The notes: generated by a model from the letters alone, not told the origin. A stretch of 64,000 nucleotides of DNA from Prorocentrum cordatum (GCA_963575745.1 CAUYUJ010000226.1:434001-498000), one strand, 5' to 3'. Shown: positions 1 to 15,508, numbered from the stretch's first letter. Numbers and translations are program-made.

Positions 1-1
1 C

Positions 2-175
2 ACGTGCATGCGGAACATGCTGATCCTGCGGCCGCCGCCGCGAGAGTTCCTGGAGTGCGGGCCGCCGGCGTCCCTGCGGAAGGCGCTCCTGGAGTTCGAC
101 AAGAGAGCGGTTTTGTCCAGGGCGGAGGCGAAGCAGCTCGCGGCAGAGCTGGGCTTCGTGCCGCCTTCCGCCTGA
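2..175 (+). CDS. possible terminal exon of an upstream gene (unknown product)
   Basis: Frame 2 reads TCMRNMLILRPPPREFLECGPPASLRKALLEFDKRAVLSRAEAKQLAAELGFVPPSA* with GC3-rich codons and TGA at 173-175. No family recognised. Confidence 0.35.
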   Translation, partial: TCMRNMLILRPPPREFLECGPPASLRKALLEFDKRAVLSRAEAKQLAAELGFVPPSA

Positions 176-879
176 GCGCGGCTGCGCCTCGCTCGAAGCC
201 CGCGGGGTTGTCCCAACGGCTTGGTCTTGCGCGCCAACGGTTCGCGGGGTTGTCCCGACAGCCTGGCCCGCGGGGTTGTCCCAACGGCTGCGCGACGTGA
301 CCAGTAGAGAGCGCGCCTGTCCTGGCCGTGGCGGCGACGGCGCCGAGGAACATCGACATGCGCGCTCATGCAACAGGAAGGGGAGGAGGTGGCGGGGCGC
401 GGAACAAACAGGGGGGCGAGGATGGGGACAACGTAAGGAGTGGAAGGGGGGCCCGCGCCGAGGCGAGAGGAAATATACGCAGAAGAGACAGCCAGGCCGC
501 CTCACCAACCACGAGGACGACGGTGATGGTTTTTTTCCAGATTCGCCCAGAGGATTCTTATGTGGGGTTCTTCCGTCGGAGTGATTGTCGGAGGTCCGCC
601 TGTAGGGACACATTCCCAGCCTAAGGATAGGCCCCTCGAATTCCGAGGGCACCAGCCTCTATCCACCCCTGGGGGGGGGTAACTCGGCCAGTGGGGCCTA
701 GGCCACGCCAGTGGTGACGAACGAGCGGGGGGTAACTCGGCCAGTGGGGCCTAGGCGACGCCAGTGGTGACGAATGAACAACACACACCCACACCCATGG
801 GGAGGTCGGAGGGAGAAGGACTGGCTGTGGGTGTGGGTGCGGGTTGGGTGTGGGTGCTTGGTGTGATCGCTCGCTACAT

Positions 880-1085
880 TCGGGGGAGCGTAAGACCCGG
901 GTTTGCCGGGACTCGGGTTCGCCATCGTTTTTTGACGACCGCGCCTCGGATTTTGAAGAGGAGGAGTTTCGTGGGATGTCTGCAGCGGGAGGCCTCGTCA
1001 AAATGCAGGCTCGGCCTCGTCATTTTTTTGACGACCTCGTCGGGGATTTCCGAGTCCCCCGTACCCGGGTCTTACGTCTCCCCGA
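880..1085. mobile_element. MITE family A (TCGGGG-ended)
   Basis: Inverted ends tcgggggagcgtaagacccggg ... cccgggtcttacgtctccccga. A second copy lies at 6413-6799. Confidence 0.7.
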
Positions 1086-1237
1086 TAGATGGGGGAGATG
1101 GATCGGCGAAGCGACGCTCCTCCGTGGGCCTCGGCGCCGGCCTGCAGAGGTCCAGGGGCCCTGCCCCCTCCGCCTCGAGCCGTGGCGGAGCGTCCCGGCC
1201 TGCCCGCAGGCCCACCAAACGGTGCCCTAAGAACCTT

Positions 1238-1409
1238 TCGGGGGTGGACAGAACCCCCAACAGTGACACGTCGACTAGTGAATTGTCCGTTTTCGGTTCT
1301 CGAGAGGGCGCCGTGGCCGTTATTTTCCAGGCCTGCGCCCGCCAGGTTTGGGCCTCAGGTCGTTTTCACTAAACCACGTTTCACTAAAGGGAGGTCTGTC
1401 CATCCCCGA
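1238..1409. mobile_element. MITE family B (TCGGGG-ended)
   Basis: TIR tcgggggtggacaga ... tctgtccatccccga, flanked by an acctt direct repeat. Close copy at 32361-32532; partial copies near 49330-49390 and 49650-49760. Confidence 0.75.
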
Positions 1410-1498
1410 ACCTTCGGGTGGTCTGCACGAAGTGTTCTCAGAACGCCTCTGGCTGAGGCCGTCTTGTTTTGACACATCGGGCCTGTGCTCTCAGAGCA

Positions 1499-1984
<486 letters not shown>

Positions 1985-2360
1985 ATACAGGCGGGGCAGA
2001 CCCCCCCGGGGGGGGAGGATGGAGGGGGGGGGGTTGGGGCCACACAACACAACACAGAAACAACCGCAACCATATAGATTGCAATCGCGTTCATCCGCCT
2101 TCCCCCCTCTTCCTCCCTCTCCTCCTCGTCATCTTCGTCCCCCTCCTCCTCCCCGTCCTCCTCGCCCTCGTCATCATCCTCCTCCCCTTCCTCCTTGCCC
2201 TCTTCCTCCTCATCCTCCGCCTTCTTCTTCGTCTTCCACCTCCTGGTCGTCTTCTTCCTCGTCCTCCTCCTCCCCCTCGTCGTCGTCGTCGTCCTCCTAC
2301 TCCCGATCCTCCTCGTCCCCCCCGCCATCCTCTTCATTCTTATCATGTGTGCCACGACGG

Positions 2361-4570
<2,210 letters not shown>

Positions 4571-4629
4571 ACTGCTACACCTCCATTAGTATGTCGAGTA
4601 CCACAACTCATACCCAGACTACAGATACC

Positions 4630-5965
4630 TCAGGGATTCTTAAGGGTTCCATGAGGATTCTTAGGGATCCCCTTCGGAATGTTGAAGGAATCCCAAATGA
4701 TACCTTAGGGGGTGTTAAGCAGTCCCCAAGCATACCTAGGGGATCTTGAGGATTCCATAAGGATACTTCAGAGGTTCTTCAGGATTCCCTAAGGCTACCG
4801 TGAGGATTCTTCAAGATTCACTCTGGAATCTAAGGAGTTCCCTGAGGATCCCCAAAGGATTCCTCAGGGATGCTTAAGGCTTCCCAGAGGATGCCCTACG
4901 GATTCTTTTTGGATTCCCTGGAAGATTCTGAAGGACTCCTTAAGGATTCCTAAGGGACTCTTAAGGATTCCTTGGGTGCCCGAAGGATTCCTTGAGGTTG
5001 CCCTATGGATTCTTGAGGATTCCTGAGGGATTCTCAAGGATTCCCGAATGTTTCCGACAGATTCCCTGAGGATTCCTTAAGGATTCCCTAAGGATTCTCC
5101 AGGATTCCCTGAGGATTCCTTGGGGATTCCTTCCGGATCCCCAAAGGATTCTTAAGGTTTCCCTGAGGGTTCCTTCAGGATTCCTAATGATTCTTAAGGA
5201 TTCCCTAAGGAGTCCCTAGGGCTTCTTAAGGATGCCCTGAGGATTCCTTAGGGATTCTGAAGGATGCCCTAGGGGTTCTTAAGGATTCCCGAGGGATTCA
5301 TTACGGATTCTGAAGGATTCCCGGAGGATTCCCGGAGGATTCCCGGAGGATCCCTTAGGGATTCTTGATGATTCCTTAAGGATTCCGTAAGGATTCCGTC
5401 AGGACTCCCAGAAGGTTTCCTTAAGGATTCTTAAGGATTCCCTAGGGACTCCTTAGGGAATCTCAAGGATTCCTTAGGGATTCGTGAGGATTTCTTGAGG
5501 ATTCTGAAGGATCCCCGAGGGATTCCCTAAGGATTCTTAAGAATTCCTTAGGGAGTCTGAAGGATTCCTTCGGAATTCCTTTTGGGATTTTGAAGGATTC
5601 CTTCGGGATTCTTAAGGCTTCATCAGGGATGCTTAAGGAGTCCCTAGGGATTCCCCAGCGAGTCTTAAGGATTCCCTAGGGGTTCTGAAAGATTATTTGG
5701 GGTTTCTGGAGGATTCCCGGAGGACTTCGCATGGATTCTGAAGGATTCCTGAAGGATGCCCAAGGGATGCTTAAGGATTCGCTAAGGAGCCCCTAGGGAT
5801 TCTGAAGGATTCCCTCAGGAGTCCTTAGGGATTCTGAAGGATTCCTCTAGGAGTCCCTCGGGATTCTGAAGGATTCCCTCAGGACCCCCTACGGATTTTA
5901 AAGGATTTTTAAAGATTCCCTAAGGATTCCCTAGGATTCCCTAGGGTTTCCCTAAGGATTCCCGG
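4630..5965. repeat. degenerate ~10-11 bp tandem satellite (ggattccttaa-like)
   Basis: Recurrent ggattc/taagg/cct units throughout. Confidence 0.85.
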
Positions 5966-6103
5966 ATGTTGTGTTGTGTTGTTCGCCCCCCCCCCCCCAC
6001 CCCCCCCTTCGGACTGACCGGGGGGGCAGTGCCGGCCTTCTCCACTGTGGTGGAACCGGCGGATCCGCTCCCGCACCCCAGGGGGGCCATGCCGGCCTTA
6101 ACC

Positions 6104-6104
<1 letters not shown>

Positions 6105-6193
<89 letters not shown>

Positions 6194-6200
6194 TGTTGTT
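6105..6200. repeat. (GTT)n microsatellite
   Basis: Direct reading. Confidence 0.95.
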
Positions 6201-6412
6201 GTGTTTCGAACACGTTTTGGGGGTTCTGAGAACAGTCGTGGTAGGCCTCTTGGGACTGCCAGGACGGTTGGCCCCTGCTCGACCGCTGCCCCCCGCGCGT
6301 TCTCCTCCCCCTTCCGCGCGCGGTCTTGCGCGCGGCTCGTTCTCGGATCGGTGCCGCGGCCCCGCCACCTGGCGGCCGGCGCCGCTCTCAGCGCGCTGCG
6401 CGCGCCAGGGAC

Positions 6413-6799
6413 TCGGGGAAACGTAAGACTCGAGTACAGTCGGGGCCCTGAAGAAGGAAGCCTTTTCGTTGGGGAGGGGCTCGGTGTGCCTTGCTTGTTC
6501 TGCAGTGTGCCTTCGGTTCTCCTGAGGTTTCCCATGGGGAATCGAAGTTCAACTTACGGGAGAAAGGGGCCTCGTTCCTTATCTAGGGGTCCTTAGGTCA
6601 ACGCCCCGACTGTAAGCCGGAACTCGGGTCAGCCGACGTTTTTTTGACGAGCGGGCCCTGAATTTTGACTGTCCAGTTTTCGCGGGATGTTTGCAGCGGG
6701 AGCTCGCGTCAGATTTCAGATCGGGTCCCGTCATTTTCTTTGTTGACGGCCCCGTCAGGCCAACCCGAGTCCCCCGTACCCGAGTCTAACGTTTCCCCG
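6413..6799. mobile_element. MITE family A copy with a nested MITE
   Basis: Ends tcggggaaacgtaagactcgag ... cccgagtctaacgtttccccga match 880-1085. Interrupted by 6435-6614. Confidence 0.7.
6435..6614. mobile_element. MITE family C (TA-flanked, Tc1/mariner-like ends)
   Basis: tacagtcggggc ... gccccgactgta, 180 bp. Second copy at 39665-39844. Confidence 0.8.
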
Positions 6800-7656
6800 A
6801 CACGGGGTGGGGGGTCCAGCGCCGACCCTAGAACTCCGCGCGGACCTCCGAGGAATTGGGCTCGTCCTTCACACGTTTGTCGCTCAGGCATCGTCGCGTC
6901 TCCTGCATCTCCCGGCAGGGAAAGTCAGCTTCATGACAATGCGCAGATACACGTTGAAGTAAGATGTACCTTTCGATACGCATCAAACGCTCTCAGCGTT
7001 ACCATTGACGACGAATACAAGCCATAGCATTGATTAACTTCGTTTGGCAGTGATGGCTTGCGGGTGTCCAAAGACAGCTCCGAGAAACTATGTTTGTGTG
7101 CAGTTTGCTGTCCCTCCAGACGGACAAGCCCGTCTGAGACGGGCACGCCCGTCTGGGGAGGTCCATCTGCAGACCGAGGCTGTTGCGCCGGAGCCCCGCG
7201 CCGCCACTCCCTGCGCAGGCGGCAGCTCGTGTGCACGAGGGCTCTTGCTCCGTCGTGCCGTGGCGAAGGGCTGGTGCCGACCGTTCGCCGCGGCTCTGCC
7301 CTCGCCCTCGCTGTCCTGCCGTGCTCCCTGGACCTGCAGCCTCCGCGGCGCTCGAGCCCTTGCGGTCGACTGGCTCGCTCCTGCTGCGGCGCGCACGCGG
7401 CACTACCGCGCCCAATCTTCCGCCCGCCCCCCCGCCGCCCCCCCGCCGCCCGCCCGGCCCTCCCCCCGCCCTCAGGTTCCGCCCGCCCCCCCCGCCGCCC
7501 CCGTCGCCTTTCACTTTTCCTGTCAGGTCAACGCTGCCATCTCCCAGCAGACGACGGAGCACGCAGAGGAGCCGCGGGGAGGGAGGCCAGGAGCGGTGGG
7601 GCGGAGGAGGTCCCGGCCGAAAACAGCCACCGCCTGGCGGGCCGCAGGGCCTCGCC

Positions 7657-7952
7657 AGGAGGGAGGAGGAGGAGGAGGAGGAGGAGGAGGAGGAGGAGGA
7701 GGAGGAGGAGGAGGAGGAGGAGGAGGAGGAGGAGAAGCGGAGGAGGAGGCGGAGGAGGAGGCGGAGGCGGAGGCGGAGGCGGAGGCGGAGGCGGAGGCGG
7801 AGGCGGAGGCGGAGGCGGAGGCGGAGGCGGAGGCGGAGGCGGAGGCGGAGGCGGAGGCGGAGGCGGAGGCGGAGGCGGAGGAGGAGGAGGAGGAGGAGGA
7901 GGCGGAGGAGGAGGAGGAGGAGGAGGAGGAGCAGGAGGGGGAGGAGGAGGAA
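7657..7952. repeat. (GGA)n/(GGAGGC)n simple repeat
   Basis: Direct reading. Confidence 0.95.
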
Positions 7953-10900
7953 GGAAGAGCGGAGGGCAACAGGCGGAGGAGTGCCTGGTCCAGTGCCCCA
8001 GGCGGCAGCAGGGTCGCGGGTAGAGCCAGCTTGCGGCAGCCACGGGTTCCAAGCCACCGCTGCAAGGATGGAGGAGGGATCACATGGGATCACGAGGACG
8101 CATCCACGATGCTGAAATAGACCGTCGCCTCCCCACACATCCTCACTCGCCCCTGATAAGTTCTGCACGCGGCAGAGTGTGAGCAGGACGAACTGGTGCG
8201 CATAGAGCGCGGACGCCCTCCACGCATGGTGCCTCCTCTCCTTCTCCGGCAGCCTCCTCTCATCCTTCGCCTCCTCCATCTCAGGGGGCGTCGCAGAGGC
8301 GGTGAGGCCTAGGGGCGGGTGGGTGTCGTGGCCGGGGCCGCAGAAACCTTCTTCTCCTCGAGGAACAGACATGGACATAAACATGAGCTTTCGAAGGTCT
8401 GCGCAGGCCGCCGACTGCTAATTTGTTTATGCTCTTGTCTGCTCCTCTATATATCGCTCGTGTTGGGACGGACTGACGGTCGGTACCGCCGAGCCTGAAG
8501 GGGGACGACGACCACGACGGCGGCGTCGGCGGCGACGACGACGCTGCCGTGGGGCAGAGTCCTCGGAGGTGTTTCGAGGGGCCTCTTCGGAGCGCGCGCT
8601 TCGGAGCGCTACTCGCAGATTGCCTACCCGAAAACGTTCGAAAATCACATGTTCGCTTCGGCATGGTGGATCGCAGATCTCCCGCGGCGATCCAGGCCAT
8701 TTGCGAGCAGTTACTTTGCGAGTACTTAGTGGAATGCGCTTGTCCAGTTGTGTTTGTCTTTGTTGTTATGCTTCTCCTGTCCATGGTTTTCATACGCGGT
8801 TACGTAGCTTTCAGCTTACTACTGTTCGTATTAGTACGACTACTACGGTTACTCTTGTTATGTATCGTACCACCATTTGTATCATCATTAGTATGCCAGA
8901 ATTCAAGATCGTGTGCATATGTGCAATGCCATTCGCATGCGTAGAATTCCAGGACGCCCCTTGGCCCCCGCCGCCTCGTCCGCGCGCGCTTCGGGCCACG
9001 ACGCGCGAGCGTCCCCCCCCCTTCCCCCTTCTGGCCCCCCTCTCAGCTGGCCCGGTGCCGCTGGGCCCGCTGCTCCTAAGCGGTTGCTGGTGTCCCGTCC
9101 TCCCCCCCCTCTTCCCCCTCCTCCTCCTCCTCCTCCTCCTCGCCCTCCTCCTCCTCGTCCTCCTCGTCGTCCTCCTCGTCCTCCTCTTCGTCGTCCTCCT
9201 CCTCCTCCTCCTCCTCCTCCTCCTCCTCCTCCTCCTCCTCCTCCTCCTCCTCTCGTGTGTACGACGACGGGTCGCCTTGAGCGCCGCCCAGGAGCGGGAC
9301 CGCGCCGTGGAACAGCGGGACGCGGTGGCGGCTGAGGTCCTTGAGCTGCAGAGGCCCCCCCCCACCCCCTTGCGGCTGCTCCCGCTCCTCCCCACCCCTC
9401 CTCCAGAGGGGGGGATGGGGAGGTGAGGGGGAGGGGGAGGGGGAGGAGGAGAAGGAGGAGGAGGTGGAGGAGGAGGAGGAGGAGAGGGAGGAGGAGGAGG
9501 AGGAGGAGGAGGAGGAGGAGGAGGAGGAGGAGGAGGAGGAATAGGAGGAGGAGGAGGAGGAGGAGGAGGAGGAGGAGGGGGGGTGAGGGGAGGGGGAGAA
9601 GGGAGGAGGAGGAGGAGGAGGAGGAGGAGGAGGAGGTCGGGAGGAGGTCGAGGAGGAGGAGGAGGAGGAGGAGGAGGAGGAGGAGGAGGGGAAAGAGGGG
9701 AGATGCGGGGGTAGTAACGGTTGGAGAAGGAAGGGAGGGGTCGAAGCAGTAGTAGACACCAGAGGTTGGAGAGGAAGGGCGAAGCGGAGAAGGTGGAGGA
9801 CTAGGAGGAGAGCCAGGAGGAGGAGGAGGGGGAGGAGGAGGAGGAGGACTAGGAGCATGTTGACGAGGTGGAGCAGGCGGCGAAGAGAAGGAGCAGGGGA
9901 ATGGGGGGTTCGGGAGAAAGGGTATTGGGCGAGTGGAGGAGGAAAAGGACGAGGACGAGGACGAGGAGGGGCATGAGAAGGAAGAGAAGGAAGGTAAAGA
10001 AGAGTGAGGATTGGAGGGAGGATCAAGTGAGCGAGTGAGCGAGCGAGAGAGAGAGAGAGAGCTAACATCTAACGTAAGAAAATAAGAGAGAGAGGCAGAG
10101 ATACACAGATATAGAGGGAGACGGTACCATACATACAGAGAAAGATGGCACGGGGGAGGGCAGGTGGCGGGGGTTTTCGCATTGAAGTGTAGCAGCGCCG
10201 CGCCCAGAGAGTCTTCGGATACAGAAGTCTTTCGCAGCCAGCTCTTCATTCGGGAACGGTGCGTCTTGTGCTCTGATTTGTCGGCGTTTTTGTTCCGACG
10301 AGCCTTCGGCCTTGGAGGCGGATGGGGCTCCCGCCTTAGGAGCAGCCCCCCTGGCCGCCGCCGGCAGGTTCCCGCTGGCCCTCTCCTGCTGCCTCTGCGA
10401 GGGCCCCGTGCGCGCCTCCTGCTGCCTCTCCTGCTGCCTCTTGCTTCTGCTGCCTCTCCTGCTGCCTCTTCTCCTCCTGCTTCTCCTGCTGCCTCTTGCG
10501 TCCGTGCCTCCTTGGTCTGCCCCTGGCTGCTTTCGGTGGCCCGCCGCGCTCGACCGAGATCCCACACGCGCGTCCGAGGGGCTGCGTCCTGGTCGCGCCT
10601 CGCTGCTCTCAGCTCGGCCTGTCTATGCGCAGCTGCTTCGACTCCCCTCGACGCCGCCGTGGCCCCGGAGGGGGAGGGAGTCGGCTCCTCGCTGCCTCCG
10701 CAGCAGCCCCCCATTGGCCACGCCGCGCCTCTCTGCTCTCGGCTTGGCCTGCCTGCGCGGATGCTTCGACTTGCCAACGTGGCGATCGTGTTCGCAAATT
10801 CGCATCGTGCCGCCTGCCCCGGACTTTGCCTCTCGCTGCCAGACCGTTGTCGCGCGGCCGCAACCGAAAAAGATGCTTCGACTCCCCTCGACGCCATGGC

Positions 10901-11480
10901 CCCAGAGGAGGGGGGGGCGGCTCCTCGCTGCCTCCGCAGCAGCCCCCCGCGGGCCACGCCGCAGCCCCGGCGGCTCGGGCGCTCCCGCCCCCAGACCCCG
11001 GCCGCGGCCCGCGCCCCTCGCCCCTGAGCTCGGGAGCCTCGAGAGGCGGGGTCGGTGCAAGCGGCTGTCGGCCAGAACTCAGAGGAGGAAAAGGTACCCA
11101 TACCGCTACCCTCCGCCCGTTTTCCCCTCTTTGGGCCTCTTCGGAGGCCCCCGTCGCCACCGCTGGATTCTTTTCGAAATGTTGGTCAGAACTCTCCCCG
11201 GGAGAGGTCCAGGGGGTAGCGGTGTCAGTACCTTCTGGTTTCTCCAAGAGCGCCAGATCTTGCAGTATCCTGCAGAGCCTCAGGGCTGCACTGACCCAGT
11301 CTGGCGCGCAGTATTCTGCAGGATCGTGTCAGATCTTGCCAGGTTCTCGATCTGTCTTGAGGTGGTCTGGGGGGCCTCTTGAGCCGTCTTTGGCCATCTC
11401 GGTGTCATCTTGCCTGCCTTAAAAGCCATGCAAAGCCTGATTGACCTGGGTTTGCACTGACCTTCTGTCCGTAGATCTCG

Positions 11481-11547
11481 ATGAGCGGCCCAGCCCAGGC
11501 CTCGGCGCGCCCGTTGCGGATCATCGTCCACGGGGGGGCTTGGAGCA
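11481..11547 (+). CDS. ASRGL1: asparaginase exon 1
   Basis: [22 protein letters not shown]. The 3' junction is ambiguous and non-canonical. Confidence 0.8.
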
Positions 11548-14500
11548 TGCCTCGGGGAAGAAATAGCGGCTCACGCATAAGCTGTTGACCTGCCGCTTAT
11601 TCTGTTTATTTGGTGAGTGGGCCACATTTGGCATATTGCGCTGGCGGCGTGCAGCGTAGCGTGCGCATACGTATGCAGCAGCCTGGCATCGCTCGGACGT
11701 GTGCTTGTTTTTCTCGACGACGACCACCGAGGAGCATCCTGCATCATCGAGCAACCAAAAAAACACACGCACGAAACCGAACAGTGCACGGGGAATGGAC
11801 GTCCGAGCGACGGCCAGGCAGTCAGCAGCCTGCGTTAGTTTTCCTCCTATATAGTGGAAGCATGATGGGTTAATGTTTGGGCAGCTTTCTGCCCCACTTC
11901 ACTTCCACTTTCGACGGCCCGAGCGGATGTCTCGGATCTGCGTGGGCCCACCGCCCCTGTAGCGGTGCCTTGGGCGCCGCCCCTGGCGCGCTCCGCGCGC
12001 CAGGTCGGGGGGGTCCCAGCGCTGGTCTACACGCCGGTCGTTGAAAGTCGGTATTTTGGGACTCCCAGGTCCCAATCTTCTTCAAGCGCCTTCCCACTTC
12101 AAGAGTCGATCTGATTATGCTGTGCGTTGGTATTCTCTGGGAGGGCCTGAATCCAATCTACTTTATCCGCCTTCCTACTTCATGTGTTTACCTACTTCTT
12201 CCGACCGGCGCGTAAGAAATCCGCACGGATCTCCGAAAGTTGTATGCTTGTGCAGTTGGTTCTTCCCCCGATCCCGGACGAGCTGAAGGCCCCGAACCTC
12301 GCCGCCTGCAACGCCGCGGCTGACGCTGGTTGGGCAGTGCTGGCGCAGGGCGGCAGTGCCGTCGATGCCGTGGAGGCCGCCGTGCGTTGCCTGGAGGACG
12401 ACCCGTCCTGCGACGCCGGCAGGGGTTCCTGGCTGACTGCCGGCGGCGATGTGGAGTTGGACGCCATGATCATGGACGGGGGTACGCCTCTCCAGGCGGG
12501 CGGGGTGGCCGCCGTGTGCGTGGCGCACCCGGTGAGCCTGGCGCGCAAGGCTCGCGTGTTGCTGGAAGTGCCCCTGGCCCGAGGTGCCCCCCAGGATTCC
12601 CGAGGAGGCCCCCACGGCCTCCAGGGCACCCCTCACGAGGCCCAGCGGGTCCCAGGGGTTCGAGATTTGGGCGGGAAGCTGGGGGCACCTGACGGCAAGG
12701 GGCGCATGTAGCCCCCCCTGAATCAGAGCGTGAACTACCTACCCCGCTTTCGCTTCCAGGCAAAACCCAGTCATACCACGCGCCTCCTCGTCAAGCGGCC
12801 TGACCAGTACATGCCGCAGTTTGGCATCGTTTGGTATCTCTTGAAAGCGAGGGTGGTCCAAAGCGAGGTAGGTTTGTTGTCCCCCCCCTGCAAAGGTGAT
12901 GGAGCAGAGCGAGCACGTGCTTCTGGTCGGCGAGGGGGCCATGGCCTTCCCGGGCGGCGAGAAGCGTGCATGGCCGCTGCCTCTGGGCAGGCCCATCCTG
13001 GTCCCAGGAGCGGTGCATAATGCCCTCCTCCTCATCCTCATCCTCGCGTCCTCCTCCTCCTCTTCGTCTTCGTCCTCCTCCTCCTCCTCCTTCTCCTCCT
13101 CCTCCTCCTCCTCTTCCTCCTCCTCCTCCTTCTCCTCCTCCTGGCTTAGCCCAGGAGGGCGCACGCCTCGCCCATGGGCCCCGGACAGGCCTGGCCACGG
13201 GCGTCGGGGCTCAAGGTACGGGGGTCCATGCCCACGGGGGTCCGTCATAGCGCCGCATCGTGCAGGATCCCAGGGATCCGACGTCGTGATTCTTTCAATA
13301 CAGGGTCCCTGGAAGTCTCGACCCATTCCCCAGCACAGGTTTTTCATCCTGAGTCGTTCTTTGACGGTCCCGAGGCCCGGCGAGGGCCATGCAGGGCCAG
13401 GGGTTCATGGACACAGGCTTGCGCGCAGGACCCCGTGCAGGATCTTGCAGGATCCTGCGGGGCCCGACTGGCCTGGGCCTGCATGGGCCCGGGCCAGCAG
13501 ACCCCCGAGGGCGGCTGCCATGGACACCTCTCGTCGCCCTGCCTTCGGCGACCAGCACGGCGTCCCGCGCGCCACCAGGGAGGAGCTGGTGACGCCGGCG
13601 GCCCTGGAGGAGTGGCGGCGCTACGGGGAGTACGACGGCGCCGTGCGCGGGATCTTCCGGGCCCGGCCGCAGGACCCGGCGGGCCCCGCGCGGCGCGGCC
13701 ACGACACGGTGGGCGCGGTGGCGCTGGACGCGGCGGGGCGCCTCGCCTGCGCGACGAGCACGGGGGGCGTCTCCCTGAAGCTCGCGGGGCGGGTCGGCGA
13801 CAGCCCGATCGTGGGCGCGGGAGGCCCTCCCCAGAGCTGCCAGGAGGGGACGAGACACACAGACACAGTTCATCGTCGATTCCCAGGAAAACATGGGAAA
13901 ATATGGGATGTGGGGGGGAAGACAACAAACAACCCAAGAAGTATATCAACATATAGGGGGACATTTTCTTATTTGTGTGTATTTATTTGTGTGTCCTGGG
14001 GCCCCTTTGAGCTGGGCCTCGCAGGTGGGGTGCGAGCAGAGATGGGGCTGGAGGCTCGCGCCGCGTCGCCGACGTGGCTCCAAGGGGGGGCCAGTGTTGT
14101 TCTCCACGCCGACGTCGCCGAGGCGTCGACGACACATCGTTGGTGCATCGACGACGCGGCACGATCCTTCGGCCCCCACTGCCTACGCTGACCCCATGTG
14201 GGAGGCCTCTGCTACACCGTAGGCGATGCTTAAGAAAACTCAAGTTTTCGGCCAGGGTCTCGATGTTTCTTCACGTTTCAATGTGAATCCTAAGATTTCA
14301 ATGGAAATGTTGGGTTTTTTATCCAAGTTCTGAGACTATGAATTTCTTAACCCATGATTTCTAAAGCATTTCGCAGGGTGTACTCTGACCCCATGTGGGA
14401 GGCCTCTGCTAGAGTGGATTGATTTTCACTCATCGGCTGGTGGGGGACCGAGCCGGAGAAGTCAAGGTAATAGCAGGTACATCCGGGCATAACTTCAGGG

Positions 14501-15508
14501 ACATCCGGACCAGTCTAGGTAGATCGAGGCACATCCACAGACCTCCAGGGACGTCTGGAGCAGGTCGTGGCCTCGCCAGCGCGAGTCGGGCGGCGGCAGC
14601 AGGTGTGTTTTGAGCCCCTTTAGCGAGGCTACTGCGACAACGAGGTGGGCGGCTGCTCCGCCACCGGGCACTCAGGAGGGAAAGAAACACACAGACACAA
14701 GTAATCGTCGATCCCCCGGAAAATCTGCGAAAGTATGGGAAGTGGGGGGAAGACAAAAACCCAGAACATCTGGTAAAATATGGGGAATATCTTTGTTTGT
14801 GTGTATTTATTTGTGTGTGTTCTGGGGCCCCTTTAGGCACGGCGAGGCGATCCTGAAGGTGGCCCTGTGCCGCCACGCCACGTGGCTCCTGGAGGGCGGG
14901 CTCGCCCCCGACGCCGCGGCCGAGGCGGCGCTGGAGCACATGCGGAGGAGCGAGGGCCCAGGGGGCGGAGCGGGGGAACGGCGAGCACGGAGGCGCGTGC
15001 GGGGAGCGAGGGGGGGTCGTCGTCGTCGCCGAACGACGGGAGTGGCAGTGCGCCGTGCTCAGCACAACTGGCGCCCTCATCATCCAGAAGCCCTTATAAT
15101 GAGGACGATCGAGGTCGTTTCAAAGCAGTCCCAGGGGACTGCTTTGAACGCTAGGCAACGTTCAAAGCAGTCCCCTGGGACTGCTTTGAACGATGCGGAT
15201 GTCTGGCCAGAAGAGCGCAGGGAGGAACAGGAGGAGGAGGAGGAGAAGGTGGAGAGGGCTGTTGCAAGGTGCGCCGATGGCTCCTGTCCGTCGCCACGCT
15301 GTACCCAGGGGGGGAAGAGGTGGAGGAGAAGGAGGAGGGGGAGGGGTTCGAGGAAGGATCGGCGAGGTTTTCTCATCAGTTTCGGCCTCTGGAGGCCCAG
15401 CGGGACAACAAAGCCGCAGTTGCGGCGATCCTGAGTAATTCTTTCAAAATCGAAGATTCCCCTCTGCCCCTCTGCCTTCAGGGTTGTTTGCATATGTATA
15501 TATATATG

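Noticed and set aside
8652..8680. HGGS as the asparaginase N-terminal motif
   Set aside because: IIVHGGAW at 11520-11543 is a much better match and has an ATG upstream.
6999..11422. Long GC-rich ORFs, including 8903-11101
   Set aside because: They are open because of GGA/CCT tracts and high GC. Small islands (8100-8290 minus, 9270-9350 plus) might be exons but could not be supported.
14025..14095. Alternative asparaginase exon after gcag at 14024 (GGVRAEMG...)
   Set aside because: 14628-14667 gives the family-typical GYCDN..G.SATG and fits the splice phases.
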